From contig JAZKCY010000001.1 of NCBI GenBank assembly GCA_040387855.1, positions 25,334 through 89,333 on the forward strand: a stretch of DNA of 64,000 nt, written 5' to 3'. The translations under genes were made by a program, and so were the position numbers. Source of the DNA: Patescibacteria group bacterium. GTDB lineage: Bacteria > Patescibacteriota > Minisyncoccia > Phycocordibacterales > JAKAEA01. Of the stretch, positions 8,227 to 17,302 are shown piece by piece (position 1 is the stretch's first letter; each line of letters begins with the position of its first letter). The notes beneath the pieces were generated by a model. That model did not search any database and was not told the origin of the DNA. It saw nothing but the letters and a program-made list of their open reading frames with translations.

Positions 8227-10932
8227 TTAAAAGTTCAACCGAGTTTTTACATAATTATTTGCTGCTTGAGCAGTAAACTGATCTTGCCAATTATCTTTTG
8301 ATTGATTTCGAGCACCGGCGATGAACGCATCAAAGTTTGCTGAAATATCTGGTGAAACAGTTATTGGAGGATTTACTGTCCCTGTTGGGAAACTAAAAAT
8401 AGGGCTACTTTCCACCAAACCTGAAATATAGTTGTTTCTAAATACCACATTACTTGCTGAGTTTTTAGCTGTTCCACCTACGCTTAAGATGTAGCTATTT
8501 ATTTCTACCGCTTTTGGCCATGAGTAAATAATATTTCGTTCAAAGGTAACATTATGAAGACCTGAAGCATCTGCCTCGTAAGCCCCTCTTCCTGGTTCCA
8601 TAAGCAATGCAGTTCTATCAGTTGTATTAAATGCCATTATATTATTTGATATTGTGGCACTCTTAATATTTGCGAGAAGCATTGCCTGTCCTCGAGTTCC
8701 TGAATCAGTTCCATCTGGGACATCAATCTTTCTTGTTCCTATCATTACATTATTACTTACAGTCCCGGTTACTCCTCCACTCACCTGATATCCAGCACCG
8801 TGAACTAATCCAAATGACATATGGGTTGGATTTTTGTAGAAAAAGTTACCTTCTGCAATACCTCCACTTCGAAGCTGAAGGCCGTGACTTGCAGCATTTG
8901 AGCTAATGTTATTTCGGATAGTTACATTCCAATTGATAGCATTGATGTAGAGATTTTGATGGCGAGGAGTACCTCCCCAACCACTCGCATTTCGGCCGTT
9001 ATTATCAATTACTGAATCCTCAATAAGTAGGTTATCTACTCCATAGGTATAAATTCCAGTTGCTTCATTAGAATCTGCAGGATCAGGATTATAGTTATCT
9101 ATTACTACAGAGCGTCGAATAACAACGTTCTTCATTGTCTGAGTACTTGTGCGACTTGGTTTTGCTGTTGCTGAGAATGAAATTCCTTTACTGAATTTTT
9201 CGATTTTCACATCTTCAACAAGAATGTTTGATCCTCCTGTTGAAATACCTGTACTATCAATACCACGTTCTGAATACTTACCAATAAGATGGATCCCTAC
9301 AATTGCAAGATTGCTTGTATTGTTAACCAATCTAATTCCGGGGCCTGTTGTTGGAGAAATAATTGGTCGAGCGCCTGTACCATATGACGCAATCACAAAC
9401 TTCTCAGTATTTGAACGCCCAGAAATACTTCCAGATCCTGAAGTTACTCTCAAAGTAGTTGTCCATGTGTCACCTTTCTTAAGAAGAATCTGATCTGGGA
9501 ATCCACTTCTAACCATTCCTAATGCTTTTGTAAAACTTTGAACTGGAGATGTAATTGTCCCATCATTTGAATCACTTCCACTAGAATTCGATACATAGAT
9601 TACGCGTGAATCAAATTTTGGAGAAATGTTTGTATACCCACTTACAACAGGACTTGTTGGTGGTATTGGATCAGGAGTAACTACAGGTGGAGGTGTTGGT
9701 GTAACAGGATCAGGAATTGTAGGAGGTAGAGGAACCGTAACGGTTACAGAAACAGTTTTAGATGCTGTTCCCCCCGCTCCAGTACATACAATAGTAAATG
9801 TCTTACCTGTCGTTACGCCAGATACTGTTTCTGAACCTGATGTTGATTTTGTTCCAGACCAATCACCAGATGCTACACATGACGTTGCATTAGTTGAAGA
9901 CCAGGCAACAGTAACATTACTTCCACTTTCAACTGATACTGGGGCACTCAAAAATACTGTTGGAGCCTCAGGGATAACAACAGGTGGTAAAACGGGTGGT
10001 GGAGTAACTGGTGGTGTAACTGGCGGTGTAACTGGAGTAGTTGGTGGAGTTACAGGAGCAGGTGCAACCACTCTAAATGAGATAGTTCGTGGAACACTTG
10101 ATACAAAAACTGCCCCTGCCTGTGCATACTTAGTAATAGTAATAGTATGATTTCCTACTGCTGGAGTCCATGCATTTAAGACACCGTCACTATCCCCTGC
10201 TAATGAATACGGAGCATTTACTTCTGTTCGATAATTTATAACACCATTGTAATCAAACTGAACTTTTGCAATTGATTCACCTGCTGGTAGATTTAATTTA
10301 ATATTAAGATTTTTATTTGGAAGAGAATTTAAATTTATGATATCCCCATTCTTCATGGATGAAAATGCTGGATACACAATTTGCGTATTTGTATTTACTA
10401 AAGAGAGCGTAAAATCCTGAGATGGTGCGCTTACATCAATGATCGTAAACTGTAGAGTTTTAGCTGTTCCTGCTGATCCAGCACCTGATAATCCAGTATA
10501 TGGAGTAGCTTGCATAAGATGTTTACCAAGAGTTGGAGTCCATGCAGCATAATCTCCTGAAGCATCACCATACATAGCAAATGGTGATGTGTTTTCAAAA
10601 TTGACATATGATCCACTATCCATTGAAAATTTTACACTCTTTATATAAGTCCCACTTGTATTTGCTCTAATATTAAGATTTTTGGTAGGTAATGTTGCTA
10701 AGTTGAGCACTACACCATCGGAAATTACTTCATATCCTGGTACGGGATTATTCGTATCAGCATTTATGAGAGTAAAACTTGTCACGGCAGGTTTCTCAGT
10801 ACTGAAAAGACTTCCAATGGCAGCAGGCACAGACATTGGGTAATTAATAAGTGCTCCAGTGACTACAAAACTTCCAGCTAGGATCGCAACAGCAAGAACA
10901 GCGAGTAATGATTTTTTTAACACAGTGGGCAA
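8227..10932 (-). CDS. large secreted beta-helix protein, tandem paralog of 5154-8150
   Basis: signal peptide; same repeat-Ig-linker-beta-helix architecture (PVTPPVTPPVTPP linker; HQNLYINAINWNVTIRNNIS; HGLQLRSGG); C-terminal motif ARNQSKDNW shared with paralog. Confidence 0.75.
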   Translation of the reverse strand: MPTVLKKSLLAVLAVAILAGSFVVTGALINYPMSVPAAIGSLFSTEKPAVTSFTLINADTNNPVPGYEVISDGVVLNLATLPTKNLNIRANTSGTYIKSVKFSMDSGSYVNFENTSPFAMYGDASGDYAAWTPTLGKHLMQATPYTGLSGAGSAGTAKTLQFTIIDVSAPSQDFTLSLVNTNTQIVYPAFSSMKNGDIINLNSLPNKNLNIKLNLPAGESIAKVQFDYNGVINYRTEVNAPYSLAGDSDGVLNAWTPAVGNHTITITKYAQAGAVFVSSVPRTISFRVVAPAPVTPPTTPVTPPVTPPVTPPPVLPPVVIPEAPTVFLSAPVSVESGSNVTVAWSSTNATSCVASGDWSGTKSTSGSETVSGVTTGKTFTIVCTGAGGTASKTVSVTVTVPLPPTIPDPVTPTPPPVVTPDPIPPTSPVVSGYTNISPKFDSRVIYVSNSSGSDSNDGTITSPVQSFTKALGMVRSGFPDQILLKKGDTWTTTLRVTSGSGSISGRSNTEKFVIASYGTGARPIISPTTGPGIRLVNNTSNLAIVGIHLIGKYSERGIDSTGISTGGSNILVEDVKIEKFSKGISFSATAKPSRTSTQTMKNVVIRRSVVIDNYNPDPADSNEATGIYTYGVDNLLIEDSVIDNNGRNASGWGGTPRHQNLYINAINWNVTIRNNISSNAASHGLQLRSGGIAEGNFFYKNPTHMSFGLVHGAGYQVSGGVTGTVSNNVMIGTRKIDVPDGTDSGTRGQAMLLANIKSATISNNIMAFNTTDRTALLMEPGRGAYEADASGLHNVTFERNIIYSWPKAVEINSYILSVGGTAKNSASNVVFRNNYISGLVESSPIFSFPTGTVNPPITVSPDISANFDAFIAGARNQSKDNWQDQFTAQAANNYVKTRLNF

Positions 10933-11002
10933 ATTAATAGTATCTTAATAATAGATATCATTATTATAGTACATATCTCTGCCACAACAAATGCATACCT
11001 GT

Positions 11003-11725
11003 CTATATCTCTAAAATATATTTCTCTAATGCTACATCAAATTCATGTATTCCCCTTCTCGCTTTGTGATAGATATCAACTAATTTAGCTGAATGCTCTT
11101 TTACTTCTTGTTCGGTATAATTTTTTAGAAATCCCTGAGATTTTTGAAACACAAATGGATTGAGTCCTGACTCCTGAGCTGTTTTTGATTTTGCTGCTTG
11201 AAGCATAGCTTTAATTTGCCAAAACAAAATCCCGTGAATCTCCTCAGGAGCTGAGTTATTCATAAGTGCCTTCTGGTAGAGCACCCACAACTGCTTTCTA
11301 TCTCTTCGTCCTAATGCATCAGTAAGTGAGAATATATTAAAATCTTTATTCTTTTTCTCTGGTTCTTCTTTGAGTGAAAATTCTTGAACCTTCTCCGCAT
11401 TCTTTTCAAATTTTGTGAGTTCTGCTTTGTTAAGTGTCCCTTCAAGGAATACAAAAATATTATCTGAAGCCGCGATGTCTTTAATTCTGGACATTATTTC
11501 TTCTTTCGCCTCTTTATTGCGAAAAACCATATCCATTTCAACAATAGTCTTTGAAGAAAAAAGTCCCATCCCTCCAATATATTCATCTAGATATGAAGGT
11601 TCAAATGTTTCGTCATTTATTTTCACATGTGAAGCATCTGGCTTTTTCTTGATAAGCGAACCCACAAGATCATGAAGCTTGTTGCGAGATTTAATTATAT
11701 CTGAGCCGTACAATAGATAAATCAT
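11003..11725 (-). CDS. holA: DNA polymerase III delta subunit-like (short)
   Basis: MIYLLYGSD N-terminus and NIFSLTDALGRRDRKQLW motif typical of HolA; only 240 aa. Confidence 0.55.
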   Translation of the reverse strand: MIYLLYGSDIIKSRNKLHDLVGSLIKKKPDASHVKINDETFEPSYLDEYIGGMGLFSSKTIVEMDMVFRNKEAKEEIMSRIKDIAASDNIFVFLEGTLNKAELTKFEKNAEKVQEFSLKEEPEKKNKDFNIFSLTDALGRRDRKQLWVLYQKALMNNSAPEEIHGILFWQIKAMLQAAKSKTAQESGLNPFVFQKSQGFLKNYTEQEVKEHSAKLVDIYHKARRGIHEFDVALEKYILEI

Positions 11726-11742
11726 GCTGAATACAATACTAA

Positions 11743-14154
11743 TTATTTAGATTCCATATCACCCCAGGTTGGTCCTACTGCCTTATTGGCAATTATTGGC
11801 ACACCTTTTGTCTGCTCTAACGTAAGTGTCGTTTGCATAATATCTGGAATAATATCAAACGCTTCCTGAATTTTATCTTCCTTCACTTCAAAAATAAGTT
11901 CGTCATGTACTTGCAAAAGCATTCGCACATCATCTGTGAGTTTCTTTTTCTCAAGAGCTTCATTAATTCTGATCATCGCAACCTTAATCATATCAGCTGA
12001 TGTCCCTTGAATTGGTGCATTAATTGCCATTCGTTCTGCAGATGCTCGAATAAATGGTAAGTGAGAATTGATACCTTCAAAATAGCGGCGACGACCAAGC
12101 ATTGTTTCAGTGAATCCAGTACGTGCGGTTTCTTTTTTCACATCTTCAAGATACTGTGCAATTCCAGTAAATGTAGAAAAGTATTCATTATAAAATCTCT
12201 GGGCTTCTTCTCGAGTTCCTCCAAGATTTGCTTTGAGGGCATTAACGCCCATACCATAGAGAATTCCGAAGTTGATAATCTTTGCTTTACGTCGCATTTC
12301 TTTATCAACTTTTTCTGCAGGTACTTTAAAAACCTGAGCAGCAACTTCAGTATGTACATCTCTTCCAGATTTAAAAATTTCTATAAGCTTTTCGTCGCCA
12401 GAAATGACAGCAGCTAAACGAAGTTCGATCTGTGAGTAATCAAAAGCTACTAGCTTGAAGCCTTTTTCTGCAACAAATCCCTTTCTGATCTTTCTACCAA
12501 GCTCTGATTTAATAGGAATGTTCTGGAGATTAGGATTTTGAGATGACATACGGCCTGTAACTGCGCCGTTTTGTACAAATGTTGTGTGAAGCCGTCCATC
12601 TGCTTCTACAAGAGTTGGTATACTATCTATGTAGGTAGACAAAAGCTTCTGCAATTCTCGATACTGCATTATGCACTGAATAATAGGATGTAAATCGGCG
12701 AGCTTCTCAAGTTCTGATTCTCGAGTCGACATTGCTCCCCCGGCAGTTTTCTTTTGACCCTTGGCTTTTAGACCCATTTTCTCAAAGAGAACAACACCAA
12801 GTTGCTTTGGAGAATTTATATTAAATTCTTCACCAGCATGTTCCCAAATTTCTTTTTGGAGTCTGTCTAAATTAGTGTGATATTCAATACTTAAATTTTT
12901 AAGATAAATAGTATCCACCTTAATCCCCCGGGTATGCATAGCATCAAGCACAGGAAACAATGGAGCTTCTATTTCATTAAATATTTTTGAAAGACCCTTC
13001 TTTTCTATTTCAGCTAAAATAATCTTTCGAGCTTCAGAAAACTTTTTTGTCTTAGCAAATGCATAGATATCTTCAAGTTCTGGATTAGCAAGATTTGAAT
13101 CTATAACCCATAGGGCCAAAGCTGTTTCTCGGAGTTCTTGAGCATCTATCTCTTCTTTATCTTTTTCTTCTTCCTGTGGTGTTTCTATTATGTCTCCAAA
13201 CGCGTCGGTGTGACCCAAAACTTCTTTTACTCTAATACTCAAAGAGCGAAATTCAAGCTCAGTAAAAAGCTTTTCAACAGCATCCATATCTACAGCCTCT
13301 TTCCATTCTTTTTCAGGAATTTTAAAATCAATTGGTGCGTCACGTCGAATAGTAGCTAGCATTTTTGAGAACAATGCTTCTTCTTCCCCATCTTCTAAAA
13401 GCTGTGCTATACGTGGAGATACTCCTGCTTCTTTTTGAAACTTTTCTTTGTCTTTTTTAAGAGCTACATACATTTCTTCTATAGTTCCAAACTTTTGAAT
13501 AAGAGTTGTTGCTGTTTTTTCTCCAATGCCTTTGATACCAATAATATTGTCTGAGGTATCACCACGTAATCCTTTAAAATCAGTGAGAAACTTTGGTAGA
13601 AATCCAAAGCGTTCTACCACGGCTGCCTCATCATATAAAATAGTATCTTTAATTCCCTTTCGAAGCGTGTAGACCTGCACTTTGCCATCTTTCACAAGCT
13701 GCATGGTATCCATATCACCCGATGAGATAACAATTTCATACTCATCATTTTTATCCATGATTTCACAAATAGTACCGAGCATGTCGTCGGCTTCAAATCC
13801 AGGCTTATCATATATAGGTATAGAAAACGCCTCAAAAATCTTTCGAGAACTTTTCATTTGGGCCACAAGTTCTGGATCTGCTTTTTTACGTCCAGCTTTA
13901 TATTCTTTATAAGCTTCGTGTCGGTATGTGGCCTGAGGAAGATCGTAACAGGCAATAACATAGCTTGGCTTAAGTTCTTCAATGATCTTCATGATCATTG
14001 TTGATAGACCATAAAGAGCTCCTGTTGGCTCACCTTTTGAAGACGCAAAGTCGGGCATTGCATGATACGCTCGATGCAAAATTGCATGAGCATCGAGAAG
14101 GATAATTCGCTTTTTATCTGAGAGTTTTGGTCGTGGCATTGAGGTATTATACAA
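11743..14154 (-). CDS. polA: DNA polymerase I
   Basis: 803 aa; 5'-3' exonuclease N-terminus (ILLDAHAILHRAYHA), polymerase motifs (DYSQIELR, QVHDELIFE); no obvious 3'-5' exonuclease DxE motif. Confidence 0.9.
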   Translation of the reverse strand: MYNTSMPRPKLSDKKRIILLDAHAILHRAYHAMPDFASSKGEPTGALYGLSTMIMKIIEELKPSYVIACYDLPQATYRHEAYKEYKAGRKKADPELVAQMKSSRKIFEAFSIPIYDKPGFEADDMLGTICEIMDKNDEYEIVISSGDMDTMQLVKDGKVQVYTLRKGIKDTILYDEAAVVERFGFLPKFLTDFKGLRGDTSDNIIGIKGIGEKTATTLIQKFGTIEEMYVALKKDKEKFQKEAGVSPRIAQLLEDGEEEALFSKMLATIRRDAPIDFKIPEKEWKEAVDMDAVEKLFTELEFRSLSIRVKEVLGHTDAFGDIIETPQEEEKDKEEIDAQELRETALALWVIDSNLANPELEDIYAFAKTKKFSEARKIILAEIEKKGLSKIFNEIEAPLFPVLDAMHTRGIKVDTIYLKNLSIEYHTNLDRLQKEIWEHAGEEFNINSPKQLGVVLFEKMGLKAKGQKKTAGGAMSTRESELEKLADLHPIIQCIMQYRELQKLLSTYIDSIPTLVEADGRLHTTFVQNGAVTGRMSSQNPNLQNIPIKSELGRKIRKGFVAEKGFKLVAFDYSQIELRLAAVISGDEKLIEIFKSGRDVHTEVAAQVFKVPAEKVDKEMRRKAKIINFGILYGMGVNALKANLGGTREEAQRFYNEYFSTFTGIAQYLEDVKKETARTGFTETMLGRRRYFEGINSHLPFIRASAERMAINAPIQGTSADMIKVAMIRINEALEKKKLTDDVRMLLQVHDELIFEVKEDKIQEAFDIIPDIMQTTLTLEQTKGVPIIANKAVGPTWGDMESK

Positions 14155-14578
14155 CTTCTATATCTCTTGTCGTTTCATCCACAACAGTAAACACTATTTT
14201 CTGAATTTGTGTAGGTAAAATCCCTGATACTTTCTCTGGCCATTCTAAAAATATAAGATTTTTAGGGTTAGAAATAATTTCCTTCCAGCCTAAATTAACG
14301 AGTTCTTCTTCCCTATCCAATCTGTACGCATCTATATGAATAAGATGATCAAAAGTAGCATGATCCAGCTTATATATTTTTTCTATAATAAATGTAGGAC
14401 TTGTCACTGTTTCGGTAACCCCTAAGGCTTCCGCTACAGATTGTGTAAAAGTAGTTTTACCAGCACCAAGGTTGCCATAAAGACCTACAAGAGTTGCCTG
14501 TGGACCGGGTATAAATGTTGCAACTACCTGTTTTGCAAGCGCTTTTGTTTGTTCAAGATTTGAGCATCGTACTTTCAT
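14147..14578 (-). CDS. tsaE: tRNA threonylcarbamoyladenosine biosynthesis protein TsaE
   Basis: P-loop GNLGAGKTTFTQ; ~143 aa from ATG at 14578 (the track's longer ORF begins at TTG). Confidence 0.8.
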   Translation of the reverse strand: MKVRCSNLEQTKALAKQVVATFIPGPQATLVGLYGNLGAGKTTFTQSVAEALGVTETVTSPTFIIEKIYKLDHATFDHLIHIDAYRLDREEELVNLGWKEIISNPKNLIFLEWPEKVSGILPTQIQKIVFTVVDETTRDIEVV

Positions 14579-14605
14579 ATATAAGGCATAGTACCACAAA
14601 CGAAA

Positions 14606-14636
14606 GGGCGCGCTTCACATCTTGCGAAGCGCGCCC
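14606..14636 (-). terminator. GC-rich intrinsic terminator downstream of the GC-island lipoprotein gene
   Basis: gggcgcgcttc-acatcttgc-gaagcgcgccc: 11-bp GC stem, followed on minus strand by TTTCGTTTGTGG. Confidence 0.6.
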
Positions 14637-14674
14637 GGTTGTACTTTAAAGAACCTCCTTGTTCTTTACCTGTT

Positions 14675-15211
14675 TTACTTGTTGTACCACGCACCGTTGC
14701 GTAGCACACGAGGGCCTGGGCCGCTCGATTTGGACGTGCCGCTCGAAGATTTGGTCTTCTGCTGCCTGTCCTGAATCGGAATGGCCGGTGGCGTGTAGGA
14801 ACGGATGTCCCATCGCACCACCTCATGACGGATCTGCGCTCGGCGCCCGAGGACCTCGTTCTCCGCGAACCGAATGGCTCGTGTAGCAGCGTTCCCGAGG
14901 AACACCTGCTTCGGAGTGCCATAGCCTTCCTTGCGGAAGACCTTGGCTTCGAGGTGTACTTTGCCACCGGAAGCAGCATAGCCCACATCGACGCGAGCCG
15001 TCTCAGGGTACCCGATGATCGAATCCTTGAAGGAACCGTCGGGCTGCCAGATGTCGCAGAGGTGGCCATTGCCGTAGATCTCGATCACGGTATCAGCGAT
15101 GCTGTTGCTGACCACCAATGTGTTGGAACTTGGACGAGGCCCTGTGCAGCCCACCGAAGCCGAAGCGACGATGGCGAGCAAAACGGCCGGAATCAGGGAC
15201 GAAACACGCAT
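14675..15211 (-). CDS. lipoprotein of unknown function encoded on a high-GC island
   Basis: ATG at 15211 preceded by GGAG Shine-Dalgarno; MRVSSLIPAVLLAIVASASVGC lipoprotein signal with lipobox; strong GC3 codon bias; about 60% GC versus about 38% in the flanks. Confidence 0.7.
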   Translation of the reverse strand: MRVSSLIPAVLLAIVASASVGCTGPRPSSNTLVVSNSIADTVIEIYGNGHLCDIWQPDGSFKDSIIGYPETARVDVGYAASGGKVHLEAKVFRKEGYGTPKQVFLGNAATRAIRFAENEVLGRRAQIRHEVVRWDIRSYTPPAIPIQDRQQKTKSSSGTSKSSGPGPRVLRNGAWYNK

Positions 15212-15349
15212 GTCGGACTCCAAAAAACGCTGAAAAACAAAGATATTGAACGTGAAACCTCAGACCCAATTATAGCACTATTTACAGCAAAAGTCAATAT
15301 ATACTTATACACTACATTTCCCCTGTATTAAATGAGATAATGTCTCTAT

Positions 15350-17026
15350 ATGGTTGTCTTTGACGAAGAAAAGCAGGATAAAAAATTAGAAGATTTGCAT
15401 CGCGATGAAGAAGAAGGATTAGCTAAAGCTTTATCAACACGATACGGTATTCATTATATAGATCTCACGACTGTTGCTATTAATAGTGATGCCCTTCGCG
15501 TGGTAAAAGAAGAAGATGCTCGAGACGCAACGCTTGCGGTTTTTGATATCGTTGGTAAAAAAATTAAAGTTGCTGTCCTTGCGCCTGGAAATCCAAAGAC
15601 TGAGGCTATTCTTGAGGATCTTAAAACTAAGGGATACATTCCAACCCTCTACATGGTTTCTATTGATAGTCTTAAAAAAGTATGGGTTCGCTATAAAGAC
15701 CTTTCTTTTTCTTTTGAAACAAAGGGTGGAGCTCTTGATATTTCTAATGACGAAATCACAAACTTCCTTAAAGATGTGCACAGTGTTGAGGATGTAAAAC
15801 GACTTATCGACACTACCCTCACCCAAAAGAAGGGCTACAAGATTTCACGACTTCTTGAAATCATGATTTCAAGTGCTCTTGCCTTGAAAGCTTCTGACCT
15901 TCATATTGAACCTGAAGAAAAATTTGTCCGTATTCGATTTCGTATCGACGGCGTGCTTAATGACTTTTTGCACTTTGATCACGATACCTTCCGACTGCTC
16001 CTTTCTCGAATCAAATTGATTGCAGGAATGAAACTCAATCTTAACGGTGCTCAAGACGGCCGATTTAGTATTATGCTTGAAGATACTGAAATTGAAATTC
16101 GAGCATCAATTTTGCCAGGAGCATATGGAAACTCTATAGTGCTTCGAGTTCTCAATCCTAGTGCTATCAATGTATCACTCGAATCGATGGGTATTCCTCC
16201 AAAGCTTCTAGAAATACTATTAAGAGAAGTAGAAAAACCGGAAGGCATGATCCTAACCACAGGCCCTACCGGTTCCGGAAAAACCACTACCCTCTATGCT
16301 TTTTTACGCAAGGTTTTTAGCCCTGAGATTAAAGTTATTACTATTGAAAACCCCGTTGAATATCACCTTCCAGGCATCGTGCAAACACAGATTAATCCAG
16401 ATACTGGATACACATTCTTAGAAGGTTTGCGTTCAGCACTTCGACAAGATCCCGACATTATCATGGTTGGAGAAATTCGAGATACAGAGACAGCAGAAAT
16501 CGCAGTAAACTCAGCGCTTACTGGCCACTTAGTGTTCTCTACCCTTCACACAAATAATGCAGCTGGAACATTTCCACGTCTTATAGACCTTGGAGTAGAT
16601 CCAAAAATTCTCACATCAGCACTTTCTGTTTCAATGGCACAACGATTGGTGCGACGACTTTGTACCTGTGCTGAAGAAATGCCAATAGAAGGCCGAGATA
16701 AAATTATTATTGATAGAATCTTGGGGACTATAAAAAATGTGAGTGAATACTTGCCTACAATTCCTACTATTATTGGAAAAGCAAAAGGCTGTGAAAAATG
16801 TAACTTCACAGGATATAAAGGACGCGTGGGAGTATTTGAAGCAATTCTTCGAAGTGAAAAAGTTGAACAAGCTATTCGAGAAAATCCAAGTGAGCGAGAA
16901 ATTTGGAAAGCTGCTGAAGATCAGGGTATCTTAAATATGAAACAAGACGGAATTATTAAAATTCTCCAAAAAATGACGTCTATTCAGGAGTTAGAACGAG
17001 TGATCGACCTTGAAGCCGAGCTCTAG
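15350..17026 (+). CDS. pilB: type IV pilus assembly ATPase PilB (GspE family)
   Basis: Walker A GPTGSGKTTTL, motif TLHTNNAAG, C-terminal tetracysteine CTCA...CEKC, N-terminal GSPII_E-N-like domain. Confidence 0.85.
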   Translation: MVVFDEEKQDKKLEDLHRDEEEGLAKALSTRYGIHYIDLTTVAINSDALRVVKEEDARDATLAVFDIVGKKIKVAVLAPGNPKTEAILEDLKTKGYIPTLYMVSIDSLKKVWVRYKDLSFSFETKGGALDISNDEITNFLKDVHSVEDVKRLIDTTLTQKKGYKISRLLEIMISSALALKASDLHIEPEEKFVRIRFRIDGVLNDFLHFDHDTFRLLLSRIKLIAGMKLNLNGAQDGRFSIMLEDTEIEIRASILPGAYGNSIVLRVLNPSAINVSLESMGIPPKLLEILLREVEKPEGMILTTGPTGSGKTTTLYAFLRKVFSPEIKVITIENPVEYHLPGIVQTQINPDTGYTFLEGLRSALRQDPDIIMVGEIRDTETAEIAVNSALTGHLVFSTLHTNNAAGTFPRLIDLGVDPKILTSALSVSMAQRLVRRLCTCAEEMPIEGRDKIIIDRILGTIKNVSEYLPTIPTIIGKAKGCEKCNFTGYKGRVGVFEAILRSEKVEQAIRENPSEREIWKAAEDQGILNMKQDGIIKILQKMTSIQELERVIDLEAEL

Positions 17027-17105
17027 CAACAATACAAAACAAAACTGTGTATTGTGAAGTTGTGCCTTTTATAAAATAGCGTACTATTCTATATGTGGGC
17101 ACAAG

Positions 17106-17277
17106 AAAATCCGCCCCATGAATCTCTAGACAATACTTTTAATAATGAACATTAAAAGTTAAATGTTTCTCTAAGTAGTACCACAGTACGTTACACAAGG
17201 TAACAACCAGAGTACACTCGAATAAACACTATGTAACCTCGGAAGGCTTTTTGTCTAGAGATTTATAGCGCGGATTT
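17106..17277. repeat. long imperfect inverted repeat (27-bp arms, 24/27 matching, ~117-bp spacer) in pilB-ruvB intergenic region
   Basis: left arm aaaatccgccccatgaatctctagacaa (17106-17133) and right arm ttgtctagagatttatagcgcggattt (17251-17277); 13-bp perfect core ttgtctagagatt. Confidence 0.6.
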
Positions 17278-17302
17278 AAAAAAACATACCTCATCAATAG
17301 GT

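Noticed and set aside
9626-10150. 174-aa plus-strand ORF rich in GGVTGG repeats
   Set aside because: Antisense of the Pro/Thr-rich linker of the beta-helix gene; low-complexity artefact.
14575-15331. Three additional long overlapping ORFs (14575-15069 minus, 14659-14886 plus, 14825-15331 plus) in the GC-rich island
   Set aside because: High GC depletes stop codons and creates spurious long ORFs in all frames. Only the minus-strand frame 14675-15211 has an SD, a lipoprotein signal peptide, GC3 bias and boundaries coinciding with the compositional island.
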